Source of the DNA: Candidatus Methanomethylophilaceae archaeon
GTDB lineage: Archaea; Thermoplasmatota; Thermoplasmata; Methanomassiliicoccales; Methanomethylophilaceae
Assembly: GCA_944320495.1 (NCBI GenBank)
Contig: CALUHR010000013.1
Span: forward strand, 487,931-551,930
DNA length: 64,000 bases
Reading direction: 5' to 3'
A model generated the notes under the pieces. It was given only the letters and a program-made list of their open reading frames with translations. It was not told where the DNA came from and searched no databases. Below, piece by piece: positions 20,868 through 31,612 of this stretch. Made by a program: the position numbers and the translations under genes. The first letter of the stretch is position 1, and the number at the start of each line of letters is the position of its first letter.

Positions 20868-21956
20868 ATGCAGAAATCAAGGGCCGAGAGGCTCATGGAG
20901 AACGCCGAGGGCATGGACGCCGTCGTCATCGCGAACGACGGCGAGCCGTTCCTCGATTCGGCATTCTGGTACCTCACCGAGCAGACCTCCGGGACGTTCG
21001 AGGGTAGCTTCGCCATCGCCGGACCCGGCGGGAAGCTGGACGTCATCGTCAGCATCCTCGAGGAGGAGGGCGCCCGCCAGGGGGCGGGGGATGTGCACGT
21101 CTACCACACCGGGAAGGAGCGCGACGAGTTCATCCGCGAGGCGCTGAAGGGCTGCACCAAGGTCGGGTTCAACGTGAACAACGCCACGTACGCGGCCGTC
21201 GAGTACGTGAAGAAGGTCGCGGAGGGGATCGAGGTTGTCAACGCATCCGACGCCATCGGGGACACCGTCTCCGTGAAGGACGAGAAGGAGATCGCCGCCA
21301 CCCGCGAGGCTTGCAGGATATCGTCCATCGTCGCCGGGGAGATCCCGGACATGCTGTCCGAGGGCGTCACCGAGAAGCAGGTGGCCGCCAGGATGGACAA
21401 CAGGATGCGCGAGCTCGGCGGGACCGGGAACGCCTTCGACACCATCGCCGCGTTCGGCCCCTGGTCCTCTCAGCCCCACCACATGCCCTGCGACTACTCC
21501 CTGAGGAAGGGGGACACAGCCCTATTCGACTTCGGCACCAAGTACGACAGGTACTGCTCCGACATGACGAGGACCGTGTTCCTCGGAAGGCCCCCGGAAG
21601 TCCTCGAGAGGGCCTACGAGGTCGTCCTGGAGGCGCAGAGGGCCGGGATCGAGGCGTACCGCGCCGGGATCAAGGCGTGCGAACCGGACCTCGCGGCCAG
21701 GAAGGTCATCGACGAGTCCGAGTTCAAGGGGAAGTTCATCCACTCGTTCGGGCACGGCATCGGCATGGACGTGCACCAGCACATCTCCGTGTCTCCGAGG
21801 TCCGAGCAGATACTCAAGGCCGGCAACATCGTATCCGCCGAGCCCGGCGTGTACATACCCGGGGTCGGAGGCATAAGGATCGAGGACACGATACTCGTGA
21901 CCGAGGACGGATGCGAGGTGCTCACGTCCTTCGACCACTCGTTCACGGTGGTATGA
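20868..21956 (+). CDS. pepQ: Xaa-Pro dipeptidase/aminopeptidase (M24B)
   Basis: AFDTIAAFG, LFDFG, YCSDMTRT, HSFGHGIG, SAEPGVY, GIRIEDT. Confidence 0.88.
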   Translation: MQKSRAERLMENAEGMDAVVIANDGEPFLDSAFWYLTEQTSGTFEGSFAIAGPGGKLDVIVSILEEEGARQGAGDVHVYHTGKERDEFIREALKGCTKVGFNVNNATYAAVEYVKKVAEGIEVVNASDAIGDTVSVKDEKEIAATREACRISSIVAGEIPDMLSEGVTEKQVAARMDNRMRELGGTGNAFDTIAAFGPWSSQPHHMPCDYSLRKGDTALFDFGTKYDRYCSDMTRTVFLGRPPEVLERAYEVVLEAQRAGIEAYRAGIKACEPDLAARKVIDESEFKGKFIHSFGHGIGMDVHQHISVSPRSEQILKAGNIVSAEPGVYIPGVGGIRIEDTILVTEDGCEVLTSFDHSFTVV

Positions 21957-23362
21957 TGGAGGCGGTTCTGATGAGGGCCGAGGAGGCCCAGGACGTCCTC
22001 CACCAGGCCGTGGACCGTATGCGCGACCTCGGCGCCGTGTTCGCGGATGCCAGGTCCCAGACGGTCCGCGTCGCCGGGGCCACCACGATCAACGGCAACC
22101 TGAAGCAGCTGGTGGAGAAGAGCACGGGCGGCGTGTGCCTCAGGGCATGGGGAGGCTCCCGCTGGGGCTACGGAACCGCCACCTCCTTCGACAGGGACGC
22201 GGTCCTGAGGGCCGCAGAGGAGGCCGTCTCCAACTCGAGGGACGACTCCGCCGTCAGGCTGGACCTGGAGCCCGCGGTCTCCCGCGGGGACCACCGCGCG
22301 GACGTGAGGGTCCATCCCGACTCAGTCGACCTGGACGAGAAGATCCAGGCCGCGCTCGACCTGGACAGGGCCCAGGCGATCGACGACAGGGTCATCAACC
22401 GCACCGGGGCCTACTCCGAGGAGGTCAAGACCAACGCCCTCGTGAACTCCGCCGGCTCCGACGTGAGCTGGGAGGAGGTCCGCACCATCTGCCGCGCCAT
22501 GTCCATCGCGGCCGACGGCCAGAGGATGGAGCAGTACTACGACGGTCCGGACAGCACCCGCGGGTTCGAGGTCGTGAGGGACGCGGACCTGGAGGAGATA
22601 GGCAGGAACGCCGCCCGCGAGGCCATCGTCACGCTCTCCGCGGACCGCGCCCCGTCCGGCAACATGACCGTCATCTCCGACCCCATGGTCTCCGGCCTCC
22701 TGGCCCACGAGGCCATGGGACACGCGTCGGAGGGCGACGAGATCACCAAGAGGCGCTCGTTCCTTACGGACGCCGTCGGCAGGAAGGTCGCCTCCGATCT
22801 GATAACGATGTACGACGACGGCACGGTCCCCGGGGCGCACGGGTCCATACGCTTCGATGACGAGGGGACACCGGCGTCCAAGGTCACGATAATCGACCAC
22901 GGGGTCTACCAGGGCTACATGCACAGCCTCGAGACCGCCTCCCGCCTGGGGGTCCACCCAACCGGCAACGGCAGGGCGGAGAACGCCGGCAAGAGGGTCT
23001 GGGTCAGGATGACCAACACGTTCTTCGGACCGGGCGACTGGGACAGAGACGAGCTCATCGCCGACACGAAGGAGGGCATCCTCTGCGACAAGATGCTCAA
23101 CGGCATGGAGGACCCCGTGGGCGGATGCTTCGAGGCCAAGTGCCTGCGCGGATACCTGGTGAGGAACGGGGAGATAGTGAAGCCGGTGCAGTCGTTCACG
23201 CTCACGGGCAAGTCGATAGACATCCTGTCCTCGGTGGACGCCCTGTCCAAGGAGGTCCTCTTGGACGGGGGGATGTGCGGCAAGGGCATAGAGGACTGGG
23301 TCCGCGTATCGACGGGAGGCCCTTACATGCGCGCCAGGATGATCGTGGGGGGAGGCCAGTGA
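21956..23362 (+). CDS. tldD: TldD family metalloprotease
   Basis: TGATG overlap; LLAHEAMGHASEGD, FDDEGT, GNGRA, VRMTNT, GMCGKG, STGGP. Confidence 0.88.
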   Translation: MEAVLMRAEEAQDVLHQAVDRMRDLGAVFADARSQTVRVAGATTINGNLKQLVEKSTGGVCLRAWGGSRWGYGTATSFDRDAVLRAAEEAVSNSRDDSAVRLDLEPAVSRGDHRADVRVHPDSVDLDEKIQAALDLDRAQAIDDRVINRTGAYSEEVKTNALVNSAGSDVSWEEVRTICRAMSIAADGQRMEQYYDGPDSTRGFEVVRDADLEEIGRNAAREAIVTLSADRAPSGNMTVISDPMVSGLLAHEAMGHASEGDEITKRRSFLTDAVGRKVASDLITMYDDGTVPGAHGSIRFDDEGTPASKVTIIDHGVYQGYMHSLETASRLGVHPTGNGRAENAGKRVWVRMTNTFFGPGDWDRDELIADTKEGILCDKMLNGMEDPVGGCFEAKCLRGYLVRNGEIVKPVQSFTLTGKSIDILSSVDALSKEVLLDGGMCGKGIEDWVRVSTGGPYMRARMIVGGGQ

Positions 23363-24681
23363 GCGACCTCGAAGTCAACGTGGAGAGCGCGCTCCGCGCC
23401 CTCGAGGGATACGGCCAGGCGGAGGCCTACGGTCTGGAGTCCGTGATCCACACCGTCTACGTGGACGGCACCCGCATCAGCAACATAGAGACCAAGCGCG
23501 AGTCCGGCCTCATGGTCAGGATGGCCGACGGCGGCCGCCAGGGCAAGTCCTCGGTCACCATCGGCGGCGACAGCTCCGTCAAGGAGTGCGTGAGGATGGC
23601 CGAGGCGGTCATCAGGCACTCTCCGGAGGGTCCCGCGGTCAGGTACGCCGAACCGGGCAGCGCCAGGATATCCGATCCCGGGGTCTGGGACGGGAGGGTC
23701 GAGGACGTGACCCCCGACGTCCTGAGGGAGATGGCCCAGCGCCTCATAGATTCATGCGGTGTGGACATCCCCAGGGCGCAGATACGTGTGTCGACTAACG
23801 TCAGCAGGGTGATGAACTCCAACGGCGTCGACGTCGGCCACAGGAGCACCCTGGTGTACGGTCACTTCACGTCGATGTTCAGGGGCGAGCAGCCGGGCGA
23901 GGGCGTGGAGACCTTCCACGGCACCCATCTGGACATCCCGATCGAGGACATCGGTGCATCCCTTGCCAGGCAGGCGAGGGACTCTGCGTCGGCGAAGGGG
24001 TTCGAGGGCCACGAGTCGCTCTCGATGATCCTTCCGCCGGGCCAGCTCGGGGACATGCTCATGTCCTCCGTCGGGGCCGCGGTCAACGGCGAGAACGTGA
24101 AGTACGGCAGGAGCCTCTGGAAGGACTCCGTCGGACAGGAGGTCGCGTCGGATTGCGTGAGCATGACCGATGATCCGACCGTTCCCGCCCCGCTCTCATG
24201 CGTGTTCGACGACGAGGGCACCCCGGCCTGCAGGAAGCCCGTCATAGAGGGAGGCGTCCTCCGCACGTTCCTGAGGGATTCGTTCTGCGGCGACAGCACC
24301 GGCAACGGCATGCGCAGGTCCAGCGTCGAGGCTATGGGCGCCTACGAGAGGACGCCCATCGTCAAGCCGCTCAACCTGGTGGTCTCCCCCGGGAACCTGA
24401 CGAGGGAGCGGATGATCGAGCAGACCGACAGGGGGATCCTCGTGGAGAGGTTCGCCAATCCGGAGGCCGACGAGCTGTCCGGCAGGTTCGGTCTGAACGT
24501 CAGGTGTGGTTACCTGATCAGGAACGGCGAGGTCGTCGGAGTGGTGAACAACTCGCTCCTCATGGGCAACATGTTCGACGCGATCCGCTCGGTCGAGATG
24601 ATCGGGTCCGACCTCACGCAGACGGGCGTGATCAGCACGCCCACCATGTCGTTCTCCGGCGCCGAGCTCGTCGGGAATTGA
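23359..24681 (+). CDS. pmbA: TldE/PmbA family protein
   Basis: GTGA overlap; TldD partner lacking HExxH; FDDEGT, STGNG, GNMFDAI. Confidence 0.82.
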   Translation: MSDLEVNVESALRALEGYGQAEAYGLESVIHTVYVDGTRISNIETKRESGLMVRMADGGRQGKSSVTIGGDSSVKECVRMAEAVIRHSPEGPAVRYAEPGSARISDPGVWDGRVEDVTPDVLREMAQRLIDSCGVDIPRAQIRVSTNVSRVMNSNGVDVGHRSTLVYGHFTSMFRGEQPGEGVETFHGTHLDIPIEDIGASLARQARDSASAKGFEGHESLSMILPPGQLGDMLMSSVGAAVNGENVKYGRSLWKDSVGQEVASDCVSMTDDPTVPAPLSCVFDDEGTPACRKPVIEGGVLRTFLRDSFCGDSTGNGMRRSSVEAMGAYERTPIVKPLNLVVSPGNLTRERMIEQTDRGILVERFANPEADELSGRFGLNVRCGYLIRNGEVVGVVNNSLLMGNMFDAIRSVEMIGSDLTQTGVISTPTMSFSGAELVGN

Positions 24682-24878
24682 AACCCCGGGCCCCTCCGGA
24701 CTCTCAACAGCGGGTCGGGCATGTCCCGGCCCGCGAATCCGGCCATATGGTACGGGAGTGCGCCACCGCCGGGTGACCGCAGGGGTCTTACCGTCATGTC
24801 GGCCGTGAGGGGAGACCGCTGACGAGCCCCGCGGCCAAGGGCGTTCGCTGATATATCCCGCAGGACGATACAGCCCCC

Positions 24879-26309
24879 ATGGCCAAGTACCGCTGCAGCC
24901 TCTGCGGAGAGATCTACGACGAGGAATACGAGGGAGTGAAGTTCGCCGACCTCCCGGACGATTGGGTCTGCCCAATGTGCCATTCGCCGAAATCCGCGTT
25001 CTTCCTCATGGAAGAGGACGGGAGCGCTATCCAGTCGACCGTTATCAGGGAGGCTGCAAGCGCGGAAGTCCCCTCCGAGGAGCGTTCGGAGGACATCAGG
25101 GTCGATCCCGCTCTCGTGAGACGCGACGGCGGTGTCATGGACGACATCCACGCCATGGCCGAGACCGGCAGGAGCGTGGACGGCGCGATGGAGACCCTCG
25201 AGCCCGTGCCGGATTTCCGGGACATACTCTTCCTCGGGGCCCAGCTGGCCCCAATGCCCTGCGACACCGATGCGGACGTCAGCATCAGGACCGTCATCGG
25301 GAAGGGAGCGAAGCGTCCGATGGAGCTGGAATCCCCCGTTTTCGTCAGCCACATGAGCTTCGGTGCGCTGTCCGGAAGGGCGAAGATCGCCCTCGCGAAG
25401 GGCAGTGCCATGGCCGGTACCGCCATGTGCAGCGGGGAGGGCGGGGCGCTGTGGGACGAGATGGTCGCATCCCATCGCTACATCTTCGAGTTCATTCCCA
25501 ACAGGTACAGCTTCAACGACCTCACGCTGGAGCACTGCAGCGCCATAGAGATCAAGATCGGCCAGGGCACGAAGCCCGGCATGGGCGGTCACCTGCCCGG
25601 CGAGAAGGTCACGGACATCATCGCCGTCATGAGGGGGAAGGATCGCGGGCAGGACATCCAGAGCCCCTCGAGGTTCCCAGGCATCGATTCACCCGAGGAC
25701 CTGAGGGCGATGGTGGAGATGCTCCGCGAGAGGAGCAGGGGCCTGCCCATAGGTGTCAAGATCGCGGCCGGACACATCGAGGAGGACCTCGAGTTCATCT
25801 CCCGCTCCGGTTGCGACTTCATAACCATCGACGGGCGTGGAGGTGCCACGGGGTCCTCGCCCAAGTTCCTGAGGGACGCCTCGTCCGTCCCCACGGTCTA
25901 TGCGCTCTCCCGTGCCAGGAGGTACATGGACGGGCACGGCATGACCCAGGACCTCATCATAACCGGAGGGTTCCGCACCAGTGGGGACTGTATCAAGGCC
26001 CTCGCGATGGGGGCGGACGCCGTGGCGATGGCATCCGCACCGCTGATGGCTCTTGGGTGCCAGAGGTACAGGATATGCAACTCGGGGATGTGCCCGATGG
26101 GCATCGCGACCCAGAACCCGGAGCTGGAGCGCCGTCTCGACCAGGAGGCGGGTGCGAAGCGCGTTGGGAACTTCCTCAACGCGTTGAATTTCGAGCTCAG
26201 GACTTTCCTGAGGATCTCAGGTCACACGGACCTCGCCCAGCTGTCGCTGGACGACCTCTGCACCACGAGCTCCGAGATCTCGGAGCACACAGGCATCAGG
26301 CACGCCTGA
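24879..26309 (+). CDS. Rubredoxin domain fused to FMN-binding glutamate synthase domain (GltB domain 2)
   Basis: [11 protein letters not shown]...[17 protein letters not shown], then [60 protein letters not shown]. Confidence 0.85.
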   Translation: MAKYRCSLCGEIYDEEYEGVKFADLPDDWVCPMCHSPKSAFFLMEEDGSAIQSTVIREAASAEVPSEERSEDIRVDPALVRRDGGVMDDIHAMAETGRSVDGAMETLEPVPDFRDILFLGAQLAPMPCDTDADVSIRTVIGKGAKRPMELESPVFVSHMSFGALSGRAKIALAKGSAMAGTAMCSGEGGALWDEMVASHRYIFEFIPNRYSFNDLTLEHCSAIEIKIGQGTKPGMGGHLPGEKVTDIIAVMRGKDRGQDIQSPSRFPGIDSPEDLRAMVEMLRERSRGLPIGVKIAAGHIEEDLEFISRSGCDFITIDGRGGATGSSPKFLRDASSVPTVYALSRARRYMDGHGMTQDLIITGGFRTSGDCIKALAMGADAVAMASAPLMALGCQRYRICNSGMCPMGIATQNPELERRLDQEAGAKRVGNFLNALNFELRTFLRISGHTDLAQLSLDDLCTTSSEISEHTGIRHA

Positions 26310-26316
26310 GACCTGG

Positions 26317-26338
26317 CGGGGGCGGTCTTCCGCCCCCG
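26317..26338. terminator. GC-rich hairpin between convergent genes
   Basis: CGGGGGCGG-TCTT-CCGCCCCCG, perfect 9-bp stem. Confidence 0.55.
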
Positions 26339-26347
26339 ATGAAAACC

Positions 26348-27175
26348 TCAGATCAGGGGCTGCGGCGGCTCCTCAGGCACCGAGGGGTCCCAGGCCTTCC
26401 TTCCGAGCTCGTCGAGCTTCGCCTGGACCATGGCCCTGCCGATCTCGGAGACGCCGTAGACGGGGACCTTGTTGCCAGCAACCAGCGTCTCCGGACGCCT
26501 GCGGCATTCCTCCCTCAGATGCTTGGACGCGCAGGCGGTTATGATGTCGAAGACGTCGAACGCGTTCTTCGCATCGTCCTCGGACATGCCTGTGGTGTGG
26601 ACCCCGATCAGGACCACGGAATCGCCGTACCTTGCGCGGAGTCTTCTCGCCACATCGACGGATGGGGTGGTCAGGGCGAACCTGCGGTATCCCCTGGAAT
26701 GCGCCAGGTCGGCACCGGCCTCCATGTCTATGCGGGCGGTGTCCGGATCCACCATGTTCTCAGCCCCGACGGCCTTCACGACCTTCGGTATGGGCTCGGT
26801 CTCGATGATCCCCGAGATCCTCCCCCCGAGGCCTTGCACTATCCTTGGATCGGTCACAACGGCGGTGCCGCAGCCGTCCGCGGCCAGCACGACTGCGTCG
26901 ATCCTGCCGTCGCGGAGTGCGCGGCTCATGGTCTCGGATATCCCGAACGACAGGACGTCGTCCATCTCGGTCTCGCGGTCTTCGCTGCACATCCCGAACG
27001 AATCGATGCGGAACTCGATGTTCTCGCGGATGGCGTCCTCATCGAGCTCCTCTATCCCGCGAAGCTTCGCGAACAGGGGGCAGAACCTCACACGGGGCTC
27101 GGTGACCTCCGTGACCTTGCCATCCTCGATCGTCACACGGCTCATCCCGAGGCATTCCATGACATGTCTGGACAT
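26348..27175 (-). CDS. Methanogenesis marker protein 8 (DUF2099-like)
   Basis: HVMECLGMSRVTIEDGKV...FCPLF...ENIEFRIDSFGMC...FGISE...ADGCGT...GRISG...GVHTTG...ITACASK. Confidence 0.85.
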   Translation of the reverse strand: MSRHVMECLGMSRVTIEDGKVTEVTEPRVRFCPLFAKLRGIEELDEDAIRENIEFRIDSFGMCSEDRETEMDDVLSFGISETMSRALRDGRIDAVVLAADGCGTAVVTDPRIVQGLGGRISGIIETEPIPKVVKAVGAENMVDPDTARIDMEAGADLAHSRGYRRFALTTPSVDVARRLRARYGDSVVLIGVHTTGMSEDDAKNAFDVFDIITACASKHLREECRRRPETLVAGNKVPVYGVSEIGRAMVQAKLDELGRKAWDPSVPEEPPQPLI

Positions 27176-27223
27176 ATGTCGCACCAGTCGAAGGTATGGG
27201 CGGGGCCGAGATAACGGTTCGGT

Positions 27224-27604
27224 TCAGTACGGGGGCAGGAGGACGATCCTCTGTCTGTCGCCGGTGCCGTCCAGCTCGGAGCAGTCGCCGGTGAACATGC
27301 CTATCCTTATGACCGGGTACGGTGAGACCGGTTTACCGTCTTCGCCGCTGAGGGGCGTCGGCCCGAAGAAGAAGCACAGTGCGCCCGGGCCAGGCCAGTA
27401 CGCGATGTCGCCGACCTCGAGCTCGGTGACCCTGCCCTCCTTGGGCATGACCGCGCTCAGGGGGCACTCGCAGTAGATCATCCCCCCGAGCATGTTGGAG
27501 GTGAGCTCGAGGGGAAGTGAGAGCCAGATGGCGTTCGAGATGTCCGAGTCGTCCAGCTCCGCCGGGAACACTCCCGACCTCGTCCTGACGCTCAGACCGC
27601 TCAT
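27224..27604 (-). CDS. Cyclophilin-like fold protein (DUF369-like)
   Basis: AIWLSLPL, VGDIAYWPGPGALCFFFGPTP, PVSPYPVIRIG. Confidence 0.75.
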   Translation of the reverse strand: MSGLSVRTRSGVFPAELDDSDISNAIWLSLPLELTSNMLGGMIYCECPLSAVMPKEGRVTELEVGDIAYWPGPGALCFFFGPTPLSGEDGKPVSPYPVIRIGMFTGDCSELDGTGDRQRIVLLPPY

Positions 27605-27627
27605 GACGCCACCCGACCCGTGAAGTT

Positions 27628-28617
27628 TCAGTTCTTCCTCTGGAAGAGGGAGCGGATCTCCTTTCCGACGGCCTCGAGCTGGAGGGCCTTCTCGTCGGCC
27701 TCCATCTCGTGGAGTCTCTTCAGACCGGCGTCGTAGTCGGCCCTCCACTCGTTCTTGAAGGTGCCGTCGTGGATGTCGTCCAGGATGGACTGCATGCCCT
27801 TCTTGGACTCCTCGGTGATGACCCTGTCCCTCCTGGTCAGTCCACCGAACTCGGCGGTGTTGGAGACGACGTGCCACATGAGCTCGAATCCGCCCGCGTA
27901 GAGCAGGTCGTCGATGAGCTTGGTCTCGTGGAAGACCTCGAAGTAGGCCATCTGCGGGGGGTAGCCGGCGTCGACGAGGGTCTGGAACCCGGCCTTGATC
28001 ATGGCGGTCATTCCACCGCAGAGGACGGCTTGCTCGCCGAAGAGGTCGGTGTAGGTCTCGTTGTCGAAGGTGGTCTCGAAGACGCCGGCGCGGGTGGATC
28101 CGAGTCCCTTGGCGAGGGCCAGGGCGACGTTCTTGGCGTTGCCGGTGTAGTCCTGGTAGACGCAGATGAGGGCGGGGACACCGAATCCTGCGACGAACTC
28201 GTCCCTCTCTTTGTCTCCGGGGGACTTGGGGGCCATCATGATGACGTCGACGTCCTCCGGGGGAACGATGAGCTTGTAGGTGATGTTGAACCCGTGGGCG
28301 AACTCGAGGGCGGCACCCTTCTTGAGGTTGGGCTTGACGTACTGCTCGTAGATCTCGGGCTGGATCTCGTCGGGGAGCAGGATCATGACGACGTCCGCGT
28401 CCTTGACGGCATCGGCGAACTCGGCGACCTTGAGTCCGTCCTCCTTCGCCTTGTTCCAGGATTTTCCGTCCTTCCTGACACCGACGGTGACGTCGATCCC
28501 GGAGTCGTGGAAGCAGAGGGCCTGGGCCCTTCCCTGGGCGCCGTATCCGAGGACGGCGACCTTCTTTCCGTCGAGGACCTTCAGGTCCACATCGTTGTCG
28601 TGGTAAAGCTGCATCAT
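27628..28617 (-). CDS. ilvC: Ketol-acid reductoisomerase
   Basis: VAVLGYGAQGRAQA, LLPDE, FAHGFNI, APKSPG, ETYTDLFGEQAVLCGG, VSNTAEFG. Confidence 0.95.
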   Translation of the reverse strand: MMQLYHDNDVDLKVLDGKKVAVLGYGAQGRAQALCFHDSGIDVTVGVRKDGKSWNKAKEDGLKVAEFADAVKDADVVMILLPDEIQPEIYEQYVKPNLKKGAALEFAHGFNITYKLIVPPEDVDVIMMAPKSPGDKERDEFVAGFGVPALICVYQDYTGNAKNVALALAKGLGSTRAGVFETTFDNETYTDLFGEQAVLCGGMTAMIKAGFQTLVDAGYPPQMAYFEVFHETKLIDDLLYAGGFELMWHVVSNTAEFGGLTRRDRVITEESKKGMQSILDDIHDGTFKNEWRADYDAGLKRLHEMEADEKALQLEAVGKEIRSLFQRKN

Positions 28618-28767
28618 AGTTTGCACCTTGACTGATGCGGCCCATCGAATCGTTCCGTTTATACTTTATTAGGGAGGTGCGCGCGTGAGCACGGGGCGTC
28701 CGGACCGGTCGGGAAGGCCTTCCGGGACCCATATCCAATTATATGGCGTAACGTCTGGGCGGTCCTT

Positions 28768-30138
28768 ATGGAGACCGCCGAGACCCGTGGCGGGTTCTCG
28801 AGCAGGCTGGGGTTCATCCTGGCCACCGCCGGCGCCGCCGTCGGACTCGGTAACCTGTGGCGCTTCCCGTATCTTGCAGAGGAGTACGGAGGGGGAATCT
28901 TCCTTCTGGTTTACCTCATCCTCGTGGTGACGTTCGGAGTCGCCATGCTCATCACCGAGCTGGCGGTCGGGAGGCGCACGGGGAAGTCGTGCTTCGACGC
29001 CCTGATGGAGCTGGCAGGCAAGCACCCGATAATCGGATGGGTCGCAACCCTGGTCCCGCTGATCATCGTGTCATACTACTGCGTCATCGGCGGCTGGGTC
29101 ACCAAGTACTTCGCCGACTACGTCGTCGGATCCGGGTCCGATCTGGCCAGTTCGGGCTTCTTCGGCGATTTCTCCGCCGCGGCCCTGCCCGGACTCTTCG
29201 ACAGTCCCGTCCCCTGGTTCCTGATCTATGCCGGACTGACCATCGTGGTCGTCCTGTTCGGGGTCGAGAAGGGGATCGAGAGGATCAGCAAGATCCTCAT
29301 GCCGGCGCTGTTCGTCATCCTCATTGCGATCTGCGCCTACGTCCTGACGCTGCCCGGCATCTCCGAGGGTCTGTCGTACTATCTGACGCCTGATTTCGAC
29401 AAGCTGTCGTTCAAGACCATCGCCGGGGCCATGGGCCAGCTGTTCTACTCCCTGTCCATCGCTATGGGCATAACCATCGCCTACGGGTCGTACATGCGCA
29501 AGCAGGAGAACATCGAGAAGTCCGCCTACACCATCGCTCTGACGGACACTTCCGTCGCGTTCCTCGCCGGCCTGATGGTCGTGCCGACCGTCGTCGTGTT
29601 CGGCGGAGGGAACATAACAAGCGGACCAGGCCTGATGTTCCAGACAATGCCGATAGTGTTCGAGAGCATGCCCGCCGGGGACGCCGTCGGGGCCGCGTTC
29701 TTCCTGCTGACGTTCATCGCCGCGCTGACGTCCTCGATAGCCCTGCTGGAGGCGGTCGTCGCCGTCCTGAAGGACCGCTGGAACATCCAGCGCGTGAGGG
29801 CCTGTCTAATCGTGGGGCTGCTCATAATCGCCCTGGGCATGCTGTCCTGCCTCGGCTACGGTCCGCTGGACATGATCCAGATCCTCGGCATGCCGTTCCT
29901 CGACTTCTTCGACTTCATCACCAACTCCGTGATGATGCCGCTGGTCGCGCTGATAACCTGCATCCTGGTGGGATGGGTGGTCAAGACGCGTTATGTCACC
30001 GAGGAGGTCGAATCGTCCGGGTGCAGGTTCAGGACCAAGCCCCTGTACCACATCATGGTCAGGTACGTGTGCCCGATCTTCATGGTGCTGATCCTGATCG
30101 TCGGTGTCACCGGGGCCTTCGGGATATACACGATATGA
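28768..30138 (+). CDS. Sodium-dependent transporter, NSS/SNF family
   Basis: SRLGFILATAGAAVGLGNLWRFPY, QLFYSLS, GPGLMF, ALTSSI. Confidence 0.9.
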   Translation: METAETRGGFSSRLGFILATAGAAVGLGNLWRFPYLAEEYGGGIFLLVYLILVVTFGVAMLITELAVGRRTGKSCFDALMELAGKHPIIGWVATLVPLIIVSYYCVIGGWVTKYFADYVVGSGSDLASSGFFGDFSAAALPGLFDSPVPWFLIYAGLTIVVVLFGVEKGIERISKILMPALFVILIAICAYVLTLPGISEGLSYYLTPDFDKLSFKTIAGAMGQLFYSLSIAMGITIAYGSYMRKQENIEKSAYTIALTDTSVAFLAGLMVVPTVVVFGGGNITSGPGLMFQTMPIVFESMPAGDAVGAAFFLLTFIAALTSSIALLEAVVAVLKDRWNIQRVRACLIVGLLIIALGMLSCLGYGPLDMIQILGMPFLDFFDFITNSVMMPLVALITCILVGWVVKTRYVTEEVESSGCRFRTKPLYHIMVRYVCPIFMVLILIVGVTGAFGIYTI

Positions 30139-30231
30139 TGCGGGAGGCCGGCGGGACGGCATGTCCCGACGCCCCGCATCCATCCCTATTTAGACCCAAT
30201 CCATATATAGCCACCAATCCTGGGCCAGCGC

Positions 30232-31602
30232 ATGGAACACGCAGCATCGCGCGGCGGGTTCTCGGGGAAGATGGGATTCATCCTCGCCGCCGCCGGTTCG
30301 GCGGTGGGCCTCGGGAATCTGTGGCGCTTCCCCTATCTCGCAGAACAGTACGGCGGAGGAATCTTCCTCCTCGTATACCTCATACTGGTGATCGTATGCG
30401 GCGTATCCCTGATGATCACGGAGCTGGCCATAGGGAGGCGCACGGGCAAGTCATGCATCGATGCGTTCCTGGACCTCGGTGAGAGGAACAAGTATGTCGG
30501 ATGGTTCATCGCCCTGATCCCGATCATCATCCTCCCGTACTACTGCGTCATCGGAGGCTGGGTCACCAAGTACTTCGTGGAGTACGCCATCGGTGCCGGT
30601 TCCGATCTCGCCAGCGGCTCCTACTTCAACGACTTCATGTCCGCGTCCATGGGCGGCGTGTTCGACAGCCCGCTGACATGGTTCCTGATCTATGCGCTCC
30701 TGACGATCCTCGTCGTCGCATTCAGCGTCGAGAAGGGTGTGGAGAGGGTCAGCAAGTTCATGATGCCCGCCCTGCTCATCCTGCTCGTCGGCATGTGCGT
30801 CTATATGCTCACCCTGCCTGGCATCATGGACGGGCTCGGATTCTACCTAGTCCCCAACTTCGATGACTTCTCCATGAAGACCGTTCTAGGTGCGATGGGC
30901 CAGCTGTTCTACTCGCTCTCGCTCGCCATGGGGATCATGATCACATACGGTTCGTACATGAGGAAGCACGTCAACATCGAGCGCTCGTCGCAGACCATCT
31001 GTCTGATGGACACCTCCGTGGCGTTCCTCTCCGGTCTCATGATCGTCCCGGCCGTCGTCATCTTCAGCGACGTCGGGCTCTCCAGCGGGCCCGGCCTGAT
31101 GTTCAACACCATGCCCCTGGTCTTCGACAGCATGCCAGCCGGGCACATCATCGGCGCGGCGTTCTTCCTGCTGGCCATGTTCGCGGCACTCACGTCGTCG
31201 ATATCCCTGGCGGAGACCGTCGTGTCCATCTTCAAGGACAGATGGAAGTGGAAGCGCCTGATCGCGTGCGGCGCATGCTTCGCCATCATGATCTGCCTCG
31301 GGGTGCTCTCGGTGTTCGGATACGGTCCGCTCAGCGGCATCCAGCCCCTCGGCATGGCGTTCCTGGACTTCTTCGACTTCATCACCAACTCCGTGATGAT
31401 GCCGATATCCGCCCTGGCGATCTGCCTGATCGTCGGATACATCATCAAGCCCCGGTTCATCATCGAGGAGATCGAGGCTGAGGGCAACAGGTTCCAGATG
31501 GCGAGAATCTATCCAGTGATGGTGAAGGTCGTCTGCCCGATATTCATGGCCGTGGTCCTGGTCACGGGGCTGCTGTCGTACTTCGGCATCTACTCCATCT
31601 GA
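30232..31602 (+). CDS. Second NSS/SNF family transporter (tandem paralog)
   Basis: GKMGFILAAAGSAVGLGNLWRFPY; colinear with the upstream paralog. Confidence 0.9.
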   Translation: MEHAASRGGFSGKMGFILAAAGSAVGLGNLWRFPYLAEQYGGGIFLLVYLILVIVCGVSLMITELAIGRRTGKSCIDAFLDLGERNKYVGWFIALIPIIILPYYCVIGGWVTKYFVEYAIGAGSDLASGSYFNDFMSASMGGVFDSPLTWFLIYALLTILVVAFSVEKGVERVSKFMMPALLILLVGMCVYMLTLPGIMDGLGFYLVPNFDDFSMKTVLGAMGQLFYSLSLAMGIMITYGSYMRKHVNIERSSQTICLMDTSVAFLSGLMIVPAVVIFSDVGLSSGPGLMFNTMPLVFDSMPAGHIIGAAFFLLAMFAALTSSISLAETVVSIFKDRWKWKRLIACGACFAIMICLGVLSVFGYGPLSGIQPLGMAFLDFFDFITNSVMMPISALAICLIVGYIIKPRFIIEEIEAEGNRFQMARIYPVMVKVVCPIFMAVVLVTGLLSYFGIYSI

Positions 31603-31612
31603 GGTCGGTGGA

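Noticed and set aside
21311-23362. Long N-terminally extended ORFs (683 aa TldD, 750 aa EchB, 686 aa at 3344, 504 aa at 27224, 563 aa at 10426)
   Set aside because: The extensions are R/G/P-rich alternative frames of upstream genes, typical of high-GC DNA. The real starts sit at stop/start overlaps.
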